Assembly: GCA_965214775.1 (NCBI GenBank)
Contig: OZ243974.1
Span: 1,184,001 to 1,248,000, forward strand
Direction: 5' to 3'
Origin: Nitrosopumilus sp.
GTDB taxonomy: Archaea; Thermoproteota; Nitrososphaeria; Nitrososphaerales; Nitrosopumilaceae
DNA length: 64,000 nt
Under the pieces are notes generated by a model. The model saw only the letters and a list, made by a program, of their open reading frames with translations. It did no database searches and was not told the origin of the DNA. Positions 20,826-32,130 of the stretch are shown here, piece after piece. Each line of letters begins with the position of its first letter. The stretch's first letter is position 1. A program made the position numbers and the translations under genes.

Positions 20826-21821
20826 ATGCAGCTGTCAGAGGATGTGATGGTGTCGATCGTAATTCCCGTCTATAACGGAAGGCGGTTCATCAGAAGTGCC
20901 TTGGAATCCGCGCTGGGCCAGACCTATGGCAACGTGGAGGTCGTCGTAGTGGACGACGGTTCAGACGACGGCACCGAGACGATCCTAGAAAGGCAGTACA
21001 AGGGAGGGATAACCCTGGTTACACATGAGGGCAACAAGGGGCTTGCGTTTGCGCGCAACAGCGGCATAAGGCATGCCGGGGGGATGTTCGTCCTGTTTCT
21101 TGATTCGGACGACATCCTGGCTCCTGACGCAGTAGAGCAGATGGTGCAGGCCGCAAAAAAGGCAGACGATCCTGACAACACTGTGTTTGTTTCGTGTAGT
21201 TGGAGCATACGCGAGAATGATGGCTATCCCGTGCCCATAATACCTCGAAAGACAACCGCGGACAAGATCAAATCCGTTGTAAGCGAAGGATTTGCGCCCG
21301 GATGCTTTTTTACTGCCAGAGACATATTTGAAAAGTACGGATATTTCAGAGAGGATATTGCCATTGCAGAGGACTTGGAGATGATCTCGCGGCTGTATCT
21401 CCTGTGCAACGTGGATGTCTGCATAATAAAAAGAATGTTGTGGATACGCAGAATACACGACGACAGCTTCACCCACCGCGAGTCTGATGAGGAAATCCAC
21501 TCAAAACGCCAGATAACGTACAGGATAATAGCAGACGGGCTGGATCCAGAGTCTGCCAAGGCGTTTCTGTCTGCGTGCAGAATGGAGAGACAAAAGAGGG
21601 TTGACAGGCTAGAAACGGAGAGAGTAAGGGAGGCGGGAAATGCAAACCGGATCCGATCCAAGATGCGTAGGACAGTGATGGGCAGTATGCTCCTAAGAAG
21701 ACTATACATGTACATGTCTGGCCTCCTAAACAGCAGGATACTGGAGGAGAGGCTGCGGCGTAGCGGTGTTGATAGCGGAAGGTTTACGGCACGCTACGTC
21801 GCCGAATCCAAGTTCTTTTAG
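20826..21821 (+). CDS. GT2 glycosyltransferase
   Basis: VSIVIPVYN, VDDGSDD, ARNSG, FLDSDD. Confidence 0.9.
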   Translation: MQLSEDVMVSIVIPVYNGRRFIRSALESALGQTYGNVEVVVVDDGSDDGTETILERQYKGGITLVTHEGNKGLAFARNSGIRHAGGMFVLFLDSDDILAPDAVEQMVQAAKKADDPDNTVFVSCSWSIRENDGYPVPIIPRKTTADKIKSVVSEGFAPGCFFTARDIFEKYGYFREDIAIAEDLEMISRLYLLCNVDVCIIKRMLWIRRIHDDSFTHRESDEEIHSKRQITYRIIADGLDPESAKAFLSACRMERQKRVDRLETERVREAGNANRIRSKMRRTVMGSMLLRRLYMYMSGLLNSRILEERLRRSGVDSGRFTARYVAESKFF

Positions 21822-22203
21822 CGGTACAACATCGGGTTCTGTTTATGCTGACAGGCAAACATTTCCTGAGAGGTGATCTGAAATTAGAAGCCGTATGAAT
21901 TTTTCAAGTGGTTTCACAGGTAACTTGCATTTTGTTGGCGTTCTGAGCCGTTCCATACAAATTCGTTCACAAATAATCAGTATGCTAATTTCGAATCAAC
22001 TCTCTGGGGCGGCAGGATCTCTTTGTGTTTGGCAGGAATTTGCCTCCCTCCGGTTCTATGAATTCTGTCTGCTTTCTCATGCATGTGCGTATGGCTTGGC
22101 CGATCTTGGATCCTTGGGTCACAGTTGCTAAAATTATACGTTTTTTATGAGTTGACTACGTCCGAAAATTCAGTCCAGTCTCCTCAGCTGGAACTATGAA
22201 GTG

Positions 22204-22352
22204 CCAAGCCGGGTGGCGTGACGCCCGTCACTCTGCCCTGATTTCCTTGACGATCTTGATGAACTTTTCGGCGGCCACGACGTTGTCCCAGCTGTCCTGC
22301 ACGAATCTGCGTCCCTGCCTGCCCATGTCCCGCGCCCTTTCTGCGTCGTCTA
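22204..22352 (-). pseudogene. GT4 C-terminal fragment (second copy at 58825-58974)
   Basis: ARDMGRQGRRFVQDSWDNVVAAEKF; near-identical DNA at both sites. Confidence 0.6.
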
Positions 22353-22604
22353 TAGCAACGGGCAGAAGTCTTTGAGTCAAAGTAGGTCATAACTACACGT
22401 AAAAAACCTCAATTATTTCTGCTCGTTGCTATAGCACAAACATCAGCACCATGATCTTCTTGTAGACTTTGACATCCTTTTCCTTGCGCATGGCCTCTGA
22501 CAGGCTTTTGTCTGTTTCTTTTGCCATGCATACTGCGCCAGTTGTGTGATCATTATACTTTTCGAATGACCTTGTTTTGGCTCAAAGACTTATGCTCGTT
22601 GCTA
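22353..22604. mobile_element. IS630-type MITE plus 5' fragment of IS630 element C
   Basis: tagcaacg...cgttgcta ends; 22433-22604 matches ~35247-35416. Confidence 0.75.
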
Positions 22605-22731
22605 TAATGATTCTAGATCTGGATCGATTACGCATAAAATCTAATCCCATCAGTTTGATTTGCACATTTTTGAATTTTTTTGTGCACCTCGTCCGGATAG
22701 CACAGCGTGTCCTTTGGCAATTCTGATGAAT

Positions 22732-23952
22732 TCAGCCACAATCATCATCCCGTAGCGTCTTGATTGCATCGCAGAACTCGCGCACCATCACTTGAACGGA
22801 CATGCTTTTTTCAACATGCCTCCGTCCCTCCCTTCCCATCCTGTCCATCATCTCAGGATCGCCAAGCAGCATCTCGATCTTTTCCTTCCATGATGCATGA
22901 TCCCCCGGATTTACCAGGAATCCGCTCTTGTTCTCCAGCAGTGTCTCCGGGATTCCCCCGACCTTGGTGGCAATCACCGGTTTTTGCAGCAGCTGCGCCT
23001 CTAGCACAGTTGATACAAACCCGTCCATTCCGCTGGCAAGACCGTATATGTCAACTGAGGATAGAAACTCCCTTATCCCGTCCGGGTATTTCATCCATCC
23101 AAGATGCCTAAAGTTCTCATACCTGTCCAGTTTTGACAGGACTATGTCCTCAAACCACCCGCCCCCTGCCCAGTAGAATGTGACCTCTGGCATCGACGCT
23201 ATGACGTTTTCCAAGGTAAGCATCTCCCTTGCCTTTCCAAGCACGTCTGCCTTTTGCACAAGCCCTACGCACGGATGCCTCAGATCCATACTCTTCCTTG
23301 CGGGGCGCATGGTCTCAGCATTGATGCATAAATGCACTGTTGAAATCCTTTTGTGCGGGAACCGCGCCCTTGTCAGATTTTCCATGTATTTGGAATGTGT
23401 CAGTACCAGTTTGGCACCATCTATGCATCTGCGGACAGTTACCAGGCTATCACGTATGCTTGTCTTGGCATCAGAAAATGTCAGATTGGATGTAGTCTCC
23501 TGCTGCCTTCCAATAAATCGAGTCAGATGTCTTATGACAGCAGTATAGAGCGTCGAGTCAGATGCCGTATCCAGCTCCGCCCTTTGGATGAGGCGCCGCC
23601 GAAGAAGGGCCGCATCATAGAGCGTCGAGTCAGATGCCGCCTGCAGCTCCGTTTCTGCCTCGCTCCAGAAATCCCCCTTCACACAGTATATCAGGGGAAT
23701 GCCTTCCCTGATTGCCGACAACCCAAAGTGATGCCTCATATCAGTCATGACAAAATCGGGCCGGAATTCTGCAACAAGCGACTTGAATTTTTTTCTTCCA
23801 GAGAAATAATCACTGTCTGGAATATTAGAGTATCCGTCAAATTTTTTGTTGTTGCTGATCATCCTGCAACGAATGCCGTGTTTTGACAGCTCCTTGCCAA
23901 ACTCTACAAAGCGGAAAAACGTCGGATCCGAGCCGTTAAGTAACAGTCTCAC
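22732..23952 (-). CDS. GT4 glycosyltransferase
   Basis: LEAQLLQKPVIATKVGGIPE...SGFLV...MGREGRRHVE. Confidence 0.88.
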   Translation of the reverse strand: MRLLLNGSDPTFFRFVEFGKELSKHGIRCRMISNNKKFDGYSNIPDSDYFSGRKKFKSLVAEFRPDFVMTDMRHHFGLSAIREGIPLIYCVKGDFWSEAETELQAASDSTLYDAALLRRRLIQRAELDTASDSTLYTAVIRHLTRFIGRQQETTSNLTFSDAKTSIRDSLVTVRRCIDGAKLVLTHSKYMENLTRARFPHKRISTVHLCINAETMRPARKSMDLRHPCVGLVQKADVLGKAREMLTLENVIASMPEVTFYWAGGGWFEDIVLSKLDRYENFRHLGWMKYPDGIREFLSSVDIYGLASGMDGFVSTVLEAQLLQKPVIATKVGGIPETLLENKSGFLVNPGDHASWKEKIEMLLGDPEMMDRMGREGRRHVEKSMSVQVMVREFCDAIKTLRDDDCG

Positions 23953-24229
23953 ACTGCATTGTCCATACTCACGGATTATTAACGTAGTGCGATAGCAGTC
24001 TTCCCAAGTTCCACGTAAAACGGCTCCAAACCGTGAAACAGCTCCTGTATCAAATTATGCTGATTCCCAGCTAAGTGAAAAGGTAAGAGAGTATAAAATG
24101 ATGGAATGTCTAGCAGATGCGTCTGACTGAAAAACGCACACTCGCAGCGGCCCGTGCAGGGAATCAGCATAATTTGATATGGAAGTTTACCCCCTCCCGA
24201 AAATACGACGCGGTAGGCACGGTGATCAA

Positions 24230-25322
24230 TACTGACGATCATTGAAAATTTCGCCTGATTACACACGGCGCTCAAGATATTTGTAGATGTCAACCTTGAT
24301 GGAACACGTCCTAAAGTATTCCGAGACATCCCTTTTGAGGTGATCTGCCGAATCGTAAAAGGCAGATGTGACCAGTATGTACTTGGCATCCTTCCAAATT
24401 GGCTCTATGGCGCTCAGCTCCGGCCTGGCTACCGGCAGGTACAGCAGGATAACGTCGGGATTTTTCTCCAGGTACATGCGGACCCTTCCGGTCCTATGCT
24501 GTGCTGCGTTGTCCATCACAATCAGAACCTTTCCCCACTTTTTGCGCGCCTGCTTGAGATAACGCACAAAGTTTATGCTGTTGAACTTGTCGTATGTACG
24601 CATCAGCCTGGTTCCGTCGTCTGCAACCGTTCCGTATACCACGACGCGCTCCCTTCTGCCGGATCGTTGCACCTCGATTCTGTCCCCCACTGGCGACCAG
24701 AACTTTTTGCCGTCCCTTCCCGTACTGACGAATATCGACTCGTCCTGTACGGTTATCCTGAATCCGCGCCTTTTTGCAAGCCTAATCGTGTCTTTTGCCT
24801 CCCTTTGCCATCGTCTTACCTCCTTTGCGTCGGCAGCATCTGCCAGCTTGGTAGTTGACGTCTTTAGCGAGAATCCCATCGTGCGCAGGATTCTTCTGAT
24901 GCTTCCAACGCTGTATGTTACATGCAGTTTGCGGCGCACCCAGTTGCGCATCTTCTTTGGGGTGAGCTTTTCCATCCTGCGCAGCCTCATGGCGATCTTT
25001 TTTATCCTGTTGATTGGAACCTTTGGCTTTTTGCCCCTGTTGGGGGAGTCACGGAGACCGTCAACGCCGTCAAGCTCAAACCTCTCAACCCACATCTGTA
25101 CGGTACGCTGTGTCACGTCGGCAATCTCTGCGGTCTGTGCAGTGGTGTTGCCAAGCAGTACGGAGCGCACCGCCAGGATTCTGGTATAAACCCTGTTATC
25201 CTTTTCTACATGCATGGCGTCCGTGAGGATTTTCGTCTTGTTCATGTCAGAAGGGCCATGGCGGAGATCTATAAACCTTCACAAGACGTGTAATCAGGCG
25301 AAATTTTCAATGATCGTCAGTA
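24230..25322 (-). mobile_element. IS630-family element A, intact copy
   Basis: Long TIRs; flanked by AA on both sides. Confidence 0.95.
24259..25245 (-). CDS. IS630 transposase
   Basis: HTH, QDES, MDNA, LPVARPELSAIEPIW. Confidence 0.93.
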   Translation of the reverse strand: MNKTKILTDAMHVEKDNRVYTRILAVRSVLLGNTTAQTAEIADVTQRTVQMWVERFELDGVDGLRDSPNRGKKPKVPINRIKKIAMRLRRMEKLTPKKMRNWVRRKLHVTYSVGSIRRILRTMGFSLKTSTTKLADAADAKEVRRWQREAKDTIRLAKRRGFRITVQDESIFVSTGRDGKKFWSPVGDRIEVQRSGRRERVVVYGTVADDGTRLMRTYDKFNSINFVRYLKQARKKWGKVLIVMDNAAQHRTGRVRMYLEKNPDVILLYLPVARPELSAIEPIWKDAKYILVTSAFYDSADHLKRDVSEYFRTCSIKVDIYKYLERRV

Positions 25323-25369
25323 AAGGCTCCGGCCAGCAGTGTGCACAGTTGAAATCCGGACATTTTTTA

Positions 25370-25820
25370 TCAAAATAGGCACGATATGTCAAAGTTACGG
25401 TCCGTTTTTTTGATGTGCGCACTACAGCAACAGCAGCAGTAGTCCCGCCGTCATGCTGCTGGTGCTGCCTGTGGCATTTTGAGGCCTGCCTGCGAAGATG
25501 CGTCACGGCAGACCTGACAAACATCTTCCTATCAGACATGAGGCTTAGCACGCGCAGTACGTCGGCATGGCCGTACACCACGTTGTGACTCTGAGACTGC
25601 CATTCCGAGCTTGGGGAACCGCCGTCGCAATGTTTTAAATTGCCGTGATGCTATGTCGTACTGGTGTGCAAACACATCGTTTTGTATTGGTATCATCATG
25701 ACTATGTTTGACACACCTTCTGATCTAAGATCGTAATGGTCAAAAAATCTCGGCAAATTACGTAATTGTTGTGCCTGAAAAAGTACATCTAGGAACTCCC
25801 ATATGAAATCGTACCTACTG
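25370..25820 (-). pseudogene. 5' fragment of an ISH3-like transposase
   Basis: Homologous to ~61500-61870. Confidence 0.7.
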
Positions 25821-25937
25821 ACATGCATAAGAAGGGTTGATTCATCACCCTGACTACGGCGGGGGTGTTTTTATCATGTGTTCAACAAACTACGGCTAGC
25901 TTGTGGTTTATATGATGAAATGATTTTCGGATACTAG

Positions 25938-26318
25938 ATGAAGTACCGTCTGTTGAATCCAAACCGGATCTATCTTTACCTGCGTCAGGGGTGGATGGTA
26001 ATAGCTCCAGTATTTGGCTTTGGCAACTTTATAATGCTGATTTATCTTACACTGACATTTGATGTTCCACTGTACGTGTTTGCGCCGCTGATGGCAGCTC
26101 CGATATTGATAGGACTGGTCTTTATAGGCAAGGTATTCAGAGACAAGCAACAGCCAGTAGACACCAGTATGAACTATTTCCGATCACTGGAGATGCTGCA
26201 CACCGAATACATCCTGTGGGAACAGATCGGCAGAATCTGCAAAAACGATGGAATACCTCTCAATGAGGAGTTTGTCAGGCGTCTTGACGTGTTGAAAAAG
26301 GCGGTAAAGAAGAAATAA
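25938..26318 (+). CDS. Small hypothetical membrane protein
   Basis: 126-aa ORF with two hydrophobic segments. Confidence 0.6.
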   Translation: MKYRLLNPNRIYLYLRQGWMVIAPVFGFGNFIMLIYLTLTFDVPLYVFAPLMAAPILIGLVFIGKVFRDKQQPVDTSMNYFRSLEMLHTEYILWEQIGRICKNDGIPLNEEFVRRLDVLKKAVKKK

Positions 26319-26319
26319 A

Positions 26320-26808
26320 ACTACCATAAGACGCCATTGCATGCGCCTGCGACCGGAACCGGTGCCGGGATCCTTGCCTCTTTGCTCCCTGAACTTCTTT
26401 CCGGCCATATTGTATAATGACGATATGGACGTGGGCATGTTGGGACTCTCATACATGGCAAGCTTTGCCCGGAGCTCGGAGTTCTCCTTTTTGATGTCAG
26501 AGTTCTCCTTTTCCAGCTCGGAGATCTTCTCATCCCGCTCCTTGATCATGACAAGTGCCTTTGCAGGATCCATATGGTGTGCAGGCGTAGATTTGGAGTC
26601 CATGTGTTACATCAAACAGGCAAGATCAAAAAAGATTTCCATCGAAATTCTTTGACTAGGATGCCGATAATGGATCACCCCAGCAAATTCCAATCCTGCA
26701 ATGACTGCTCACAAATCTCTGATGCTCAGCCATGTCTGCAAGGCCATCTGATCATAATATGCTGCCCAGAAAAGTTGGCTTGTCAGTATAAAAAGGATCT
26801 GATGTTGT
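26320..26808 (-). mobile_element. Truncated IS66-family element (left end and transposase 5' part)
   Basis: Near-identical to ~55570-56025. Confidence 0.85.
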
Positions 26809-26989
26809 ATCTATGTGTCGTGCTTATAAGGATTCCACGCGTAACGGTGTTGTGAAGTATGGCTTTGGCTGGGGGTCTCTTCCTGACAATCACAAAATGA
26901 AGGTCGGACACTTATCTATACGAGGATCTCCCTCAGTACCATTCTTCATCCATTTGTCAGAACCGTTCTGCAGTTACTATACGAGGATC

Positions 26990-27382
26990 TCCCTCAACTA
27001 CATCAACGCAGATTAAAGTTCTAACTGTAATGACAATAATAATGATGATGATGACGTTCATTTCACACGCATGTCCACTATGCACTGACTGAAGGCCATC
27101 TATTTCTTTAGCATACGAGGACTCCATGACGCACCTGGTGTTATCCGGAATCTTTGCAAACATCTCTCTTATCTCGCTGTTCCTGTTGCTTATTTTTGTA
27201 TTCCCCAGGACCTTGCCGTCCTTGTCCATCACCGCGACCTGGATGGACTCCTTGTGCACGTCCAGGCCGACATACTGCTGCTCCGCCTTTGATTTCACAC
27301 ATATCCTTTTTTTTGCGCTAATCTGTCTGTTTGCATTGCCTTTTATCTTGGTACCATCTGAATTTTGTTTTTGAGACACATA
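26990..27382 (-). pseudogene. IS110-family transposase remnant
   Basis: YVGLDVHKESIQVAVMD...CVMES. Confidence 0.75.
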
Positions 27383-27416
27383 TGGTTACATCCGGTGAAT
27401 TATGAAACAACTCCTG

Positions 27417-27603
27417 TGCCTTGTCGTGACGCCTACTCCGGGGCCACCTCAGAGGGCTTTCGTCCCCCGACACACTGCGTCACTGCGTATCTGATTTGCT
27501 TTGCCTCTAGCCTTACAACCATCGGTTTTCTTGATCGGTAAAGCCTAAAGTAATCCTTTGCAATCTTCTTCAAATTAGTGCGACCTAATTTTCGTACAAT
27601 AGA
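27417..27603 (-). mobile_element. IS481-a left-end fragment
   Basis: Matches ~49066-49253. Confidence 0.8.
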
Positions 27604-27835
27604 CGCCGTAACAATTTCGGATTATTTCTCCAAAATCCACGTGTTTGCGCGGCCTCCGTCGTCGCAGGATCCGCACGCCCATGCCTTCACTGCGGGTCAG
27701 GCTTGCGCATCTGCTCCCTGCAGACTTTGCACACAGAGAAGGGGTGGTGAGCAACTTTTCGGACAGCATACACAGCCTGACTGCCGCGGCGCACCCACGC
27801 ATCTCCTGCAAGGATGCCACCACCGGATCCGATGA

Positions 27836-28921
27836 TTACAACTGCAGGTGGGAGCGTTCTCCGAGCAGAAACCTGTGCGCACTGCCTGATCTTGCCGGCT
27901 CGACTACCGAGCCCTGCGCAATTATGCTCGAGTCAATCTCAATCCTCGAGTCAACGGTGCAGTCAGGCATCACAATAGAGTTTTTTATATCACAGTTTTT
28001 TATTCGGCAGTTGTCCCCAATCGAAACATCTGGCCCTATGCGTGCCGCAGGCCCTATGTGACAATTCCTTCCGACTATTACGGGCCCGGTGACAAGGGAG
28101 TCCCGAGAGACTGTGGTGCCCCTGCCAAGAACGATGCCATCGTTGACCGTAGCATCCGAATCGATCAAGAACTGGTTCTCCGTGCCGATCGAGCCCAAGA
28201 CCAGCTTGTTTGCATGTATGACATCCTCGGGGGTTCCGGTGTCCTTCCACCACCCCGTAACGGTGTCATACCCGATCTTTTGGCCCCTCCGCAGTGACAG
28301 ATCCAAGGCGTCGGTAATCTCCAGCTCCCCGCGCCAGGAAGGCCTGAGATCGTCGATCACGTCAAAAATTTTGGGCGACAGAAAATAGATCCCTATGACG
28401 GCAAGGTTGGAGGCGGGGCTTTTCGGCTTTTCGGTGATCTTTTTGATCATGCCTAGATGATGCTCTCCACCGTCTAGCTCCGCAATTCCAAACCGCCCCG
28501 GATCATCCACCTCGCAGAGAAGAACCATCGCGTCCAGCTGCTGCTCTGAGCCGGAGAATCTTCGGGCATAACCGTCAATGCTTTTCCTCAGGACGTTGTC
28601 TCCAAGATAGACGATAAACCGGTCATCTCCTACAAAGTCCCTGCACAGCCCTATTGCATGAGAGATTCCTGCGGGCCTGTCCTGGTGGATGTAGGTTATC
28701 CTGACTCCGAATTTCTGCCCGTCGCCATAGTACTCCTTGACCTTTCCGGGATAGGCATCCCCGGTGACTATTCCAATCTCGCTTACTCCGGCCTGCTTGA
28801 GGTCTTCTAGGGCATACTGGGACATCGGCTTGTTTGCAATGGGAAGCAGTTGCTTGGGACCCGTATGCGTCAGGGGCCTCAGCCTCGTCCCGTGGCCCCC
28901 GTGAAGAATGATCCCTTTCAT
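27836..28921 (-). CDS. rmlA: Glucose-1-phosphate thymidylyltransferase, long form with hexapeptide tail
   Basis: GGHGTRLRPLT, KQLLPIANKP, YLGDN, PSWRGELEITDA, WKDTG. Confidence 0.88.
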   Translation of the reverse strand: MKGIILHGGHGTRLRPLTHTGPKQLLPIANKPMSQYALEDLKQAGVSEIGIVTGDAYPGKVKEYYGDGQKFGVRITYIHQDRPAGISHAIGLCRDFVGDDRFIVYLGDNVLRKSIDGYARRFSGSEQQLDAMVLLCEVDDPGRFGIAELDGGEHHLGMIKKITEKPKSPASNLAVIGIYFLSPKIFDVIDDLRPSWRGELEITDALDLSLRRGQKIGYDTVTGWWKDTGTPEDVIHANKLVLGSIGTENQFLIDSDATVNDGIVLGRGTTVSRDSLVTGPVIVGRNCHIGPAARIGPDVSIGDNCRIKNCDIKNSIVMPDCTVDSRIEIDSSIIAQGSVVEPARSGSAHRFLLGERSHLQL

Positions 28922-28999
28922 CTCTTGTCTATGCGGCGGCCCCTCAATATAAAATCAGTCACACATGACGCAACGCGTGCGGGCGCAAAAGGCGGCCCC

Positions 29000-30019
29000 T
29001 CAGAGTATTTGCCCGTTCATCGAGACCGAGTCGTAGGTGGCCTTTGCCCCAAGAAGATGTTTGTACCACTCGACGGTTTTTGTCTGCATGGAATCCGTGG
29101 TCTTTCCGGACTTTAGTGCGGCATAGATCTCCTGGGTGCCATCGGCTACGGTCCATCTCGTTTTATATCCTAGCGTGTCACGGATCTTCTCAAAACTGAT
29201 CTTGTAGGAGCGCAGATCCGGATCCCCGTACCATTGTTTTTTAAAGGGGATCTTGATTGCTCTGGCCACCTCTTTGGCCAGCGGCAGTATCTGGTAATTT
29301 TGGGTGTCTGATCCCACGTTGAATATCTGGCCGCCGACCCTCTCCTTTGGCGATTTGATTACGGTTACATAGGCTTCGGCAACGTCTTTTACATGGATAA
29401 ACGGCCTCCATTGCATCCCATCCCGCATGATTGGAATTTGCCTGTTCTTGAAGAAGCCAAGCACCATCCCGTTTACTGCCAAGTCAAACCTCATCCTAGG
29501 AGACAGTCCAAAGACGGTGGCAAACCTCAGCATGGTTACCGTAAACTTCCTGTCGGCAAGCCTTTTGGCGGCAATCTCTGCCTTCCTGTTGGCCTTGGCA
29601 TAGGTGGTCAGCGGGTTGATTGGGGACTTTTCGTCCAGCTCCCCGTCACGGAAGCCATAGATGCTGCAGCTTGATGCCAAAACGTACCTGTCCACGCCCT
29701 GTTGCTTGGCCAGCTTTGCCACCCTTGCGCGCCCCCTAAAGTTGATATCCATCGTTCTCTTGGGATCCAGCTCCCCGCTGGGATCATTTGAGAGTGCGGC
29801 CAGATCCATAACTACATCGATGCCGTCGAGGATTTTCTTATCAAAGTATCTGGTGTCATCTTGCACAAGCCTTAGTTTCGGGTTTTTGGAGACCTGGTTT
29901 AGTTTGTCCTTGCCGAAATAGAACCTGTCAAGCACGGTCACACGGTATCCCTCCCCGAGTAGCCTGGGGACAAGCACGGTTCCGATATAGCCGCCTCCGC
30001 CAGTCACCAAAACCCGCAT
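29000..30019 (-). CDS. NAD-dependent nucleotide-sugar epimerase/dehydratase
   Basis: TGGGGYIG, LAALSNDP, ASSCSIYG, RMRFDLAVN. Confidence 0.88.
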   Translation of the reverse strand: MRVLVTGGGGYIGTVLVPRLLGEGYRVTVLDRFYFGKDKLNQVSKNPKLRLVQDDTRYFDKKILDGIDVVMDLAALSNDPSGELDPKRTMDINFRGRARVAKLAKQQGVDRYVLASSCSIYGFRDGELDEKSPINPLTTYAKANRKAEIAAKRLADRKFTVTMLRFATVFGLSPRMRFDLAVNGMVLGFFKNRQIPIMRDGMQWRPFIHVKDVAEAYVTVIKSPKERVGGQIFNVGSDTQNYQILPLAKEVARAIKIPFKKQWYGDPDLRSYKISFEKIRDTLGYKTRWTVADGTQEIYAALKSGKTTDSMQTKTVEWYKHLLGAKATYDSVSMNGQIL

Positions 30020-30054
30020 GATCCATAAAAAGGCAGTATGTATTTAATTGGTAC

Positions 30055-30136
30055 GAGTTTACCCCTTAGCCGCCATTGCTGTCTGGAGCCTTTATGATCA
30101 CGCCTGCTGCGCCGTATATCGGAGAGGGGTAAACTC
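30055..30136. mobile_element. MITE family D (GAGTTTACCCC...GGGGTAAACTC)
   Basis: Related copies at ~13556-13640 and 61391-61473. Confidence 0.7.
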
Positions 30137-30183
30137 TTGCAATCAGTACATGCCGGAATCAGAACCGCCACGGTTATGTATTG

Positions 30184-30201
30184 TGGACCCCCCGGGATCC
30201 G
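30184..30201 (-). other. Putative attR carrying the displaced tRNA 3' end
   Basis: Minus strand CGGATCCCGG-GGGGTCC-A; shares the core CCCCCGGGA with 42407-42415 and pairs fully with the tRNA 5' GGGCCCC. Confidence 0.6.
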
Positions 30202-30235
30202 TCACAATATTGTACCTTTTATGCGTTCCAGGAAC

Positions 30236-31513
30236 ATGGAGATCAAGATGAAGCTTACGATGGAGGAATTTGAAAGGGTGGAACAGGCGGCCCCGCTTGT
30301 CCTGTTCAACCAGGGGATCAAGGCGGAGATGACGCGCGAAAAGTACACCCGCACGCTACGCCAGGTGCTCTGCGGCATGCTAGAGGACATACTGGAGGGA
30401 GACCTTGAGGGACGCGCAGAGCAGCTGGTACAGCACGGCCGGGAGGATCCGGCATGGGTGCGCGACCTGCTGCTGAGCCTCTCGCGCAAGCTGCTCGAGC
30501 GGACCAGGCTTGCCCCCGACAATCCAGAGTATCTCAGACCGGTCTCGTTTGGCGGGTATTTCAAGCCGGTCAAGAAGCTGCTGGATATGAACGACGTCGT
30601 GATCCCGTGGAAGCGCATATACGCCACGTTTCCCGAAGAGACCGGCCTCCCGTCGTCCTCCCGCGGATGGACGCGTGCCGAGGTACAGAAGATGCTCAGG
30701 TTCTGCCGGGGGCCGCTTGAGCGGGCAATCATACTGGTGGCCGCAAGCTCCGGGATCAGGATAGGGGGTTTTGAGGAACTCGAGTGGAGGGATCTCGTCC
30801 CCGTGTACAGGATGCCGGACGGCACACTTGAGATGGGGGATGCAGCAGACGGCAGGGAGATGGACGGCGCAGGGAACCCGGCCTGCGCAAAGCTGCAGAT
30901 ATACCGCGGATCCGGCGAGAGCTATCCGGCCTTCATCACGCCGGAGGCGTATGCGGCGCTTGACGACTATCGTGCAGAGTGTGCCGACAGGATTGGACGA
31001 AAGCTGCTCCCCGGCGATCCCCTGTTTATCGGATCCGGCTGCCTCCCGAGAAGGCTGTCGGTAGTCATGATAAAAAAGCACATACTCGACGTGCTGACAA
31101 GGTCGGGTCTCCGCGGCAGGCCCGGCCCCGACGGCAGCAGAAGCAGCAAGACGCGCAGACACGACGTCCCGATGACCAACGGGTTCAGGCGGTTCTGGAA
31201 CAAGACGTGCAAGGAGGCCTCCTCCCGGGAATCCCCGCTGTCCAGCCTGATCAAAAAGGAGTACATGATGGGCCACTCCGGGCTGGTAAAGCTTGACCGC
31301 AACTACTTCAAGACCCACACGCTGGAGCTTGCCGAAGAGTACCTCCAGGTGGTGCCGGCCCTCACCCTGGATGACGCGGCAAGGCTGCGCATGGAAAACG
31401 ACCTGCAGGCGCAGAGGATAGCGAGTCTGGAGGACGAAAAGGGCGCAGAGATTGCCGACCTGCGCCTCATGGTAGAGCAGCTTGCAAAAAGGATAGGGCC
31501 AGACGTGAAATAG
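30236..31513 (+). CDS. Tyrosine recombinase/integrase
   Basis: SSGIRIG (R), NGFRRFW, MMGH, DRNY catalytic motifs; C-terminal coiled coil; start uncertain (30137/30236/30248). Confidence 0.9.
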   Translation: MEIKMKLTMEEFERVEQAAPLVLFNQGIKAEMTREKYTRTLRQVLCGMLEDILEGDLEGRAEQLVQHGREDPAWVRDLLLSLSRKLLERTRLAPDNPEYLRPVSFGGYFKPVKKLLDMNDVVIPWKRIYATFPEETGLPSSSRGWTRAEVQKMLRFCRGPLERAIILVAASSGIRIGGFEELEWRDLVPVYRMPDGTLEMGDAADGREMDGAGNPACAKLQIYRGSGESYPAFITPEAYAALDDYRAECADRIGRKLLPGDPLFIGSGCLPRRLSVVMIKKHILDVLTRSGLRGRPGPDGSRSSKTRRHDVPMTNGFRRFWNKTCKEASSRESPLSSLIKKEYMMGHSGLVKLDRNYFKTHTLELAEEYLQVVPALTLDDAARLRMENDLQAQRIASLEDEKGAEIADLRLMVEQLAKRIGPDVK

Positions 31514-32130
31514 GGCCCTTTTATGGTACCCGCGTCTTGTGTGCATGAACGGTAACAACAGGTGTCCTGTCTGCAAGGATGACCTAGACAGGCACACGGA
31601 CAGGGACCTGGCAACGTGCGCGTACCGCATGATCTCGGACTGACTGGCATCCATACATGCTGGCTCCCGTTTTTACTACACTTACTTTGCCCGTGCTCTG
31701 TATGAGGTATACGACTTTGATCGGCTGGTGGGCGTGTATGAAGGAGCCAATTTCTGCTGCAAGGCTTTGGGCGTGGCTGAAAACCAGGGCGGCCTGACCG
31801 GCCATCCTTCAGGCATTCTGTCTTGCCGCATAGTCTTGCCTGAAGTTTGAAATTTGGCAAAAAATCACCAGGATGATCAGCGGATCCCCGGCCAGGAGGG
31901 CCAAGGATCGTTGGTGGTGGGAGATTGCCCCTGGATGGCATTGCCTGCCGGGGTCTTGATGATCATGTCCTCACATTGCATCCTAGGGAGGGGGCAAGCT
32001 CTTGCCTTGGCGATCCCCCCCGTGATGTCTGCATTTATCCTGTCTGAGTTCTCCTCGGGCAGGCAGCAGTGGGGATTTTCCTAAAGCGTCAGAGGCCGAG
32101 CCGGATGACCGCAATGCAACACCGCAATCG

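Noticed and set aside
29000-30019. rmlB assignment
   Set aside because: Lacks the RmlB motifs (AAESHVD, STDEVYG); belongs to another extended SDR subfamily
30202-31941. Long antisense ORFs over the integrase (and similar ones over other GC-rich genes)
   Set aside because: Shadow frames of GC-rich coding DNA with no recognisable motifs
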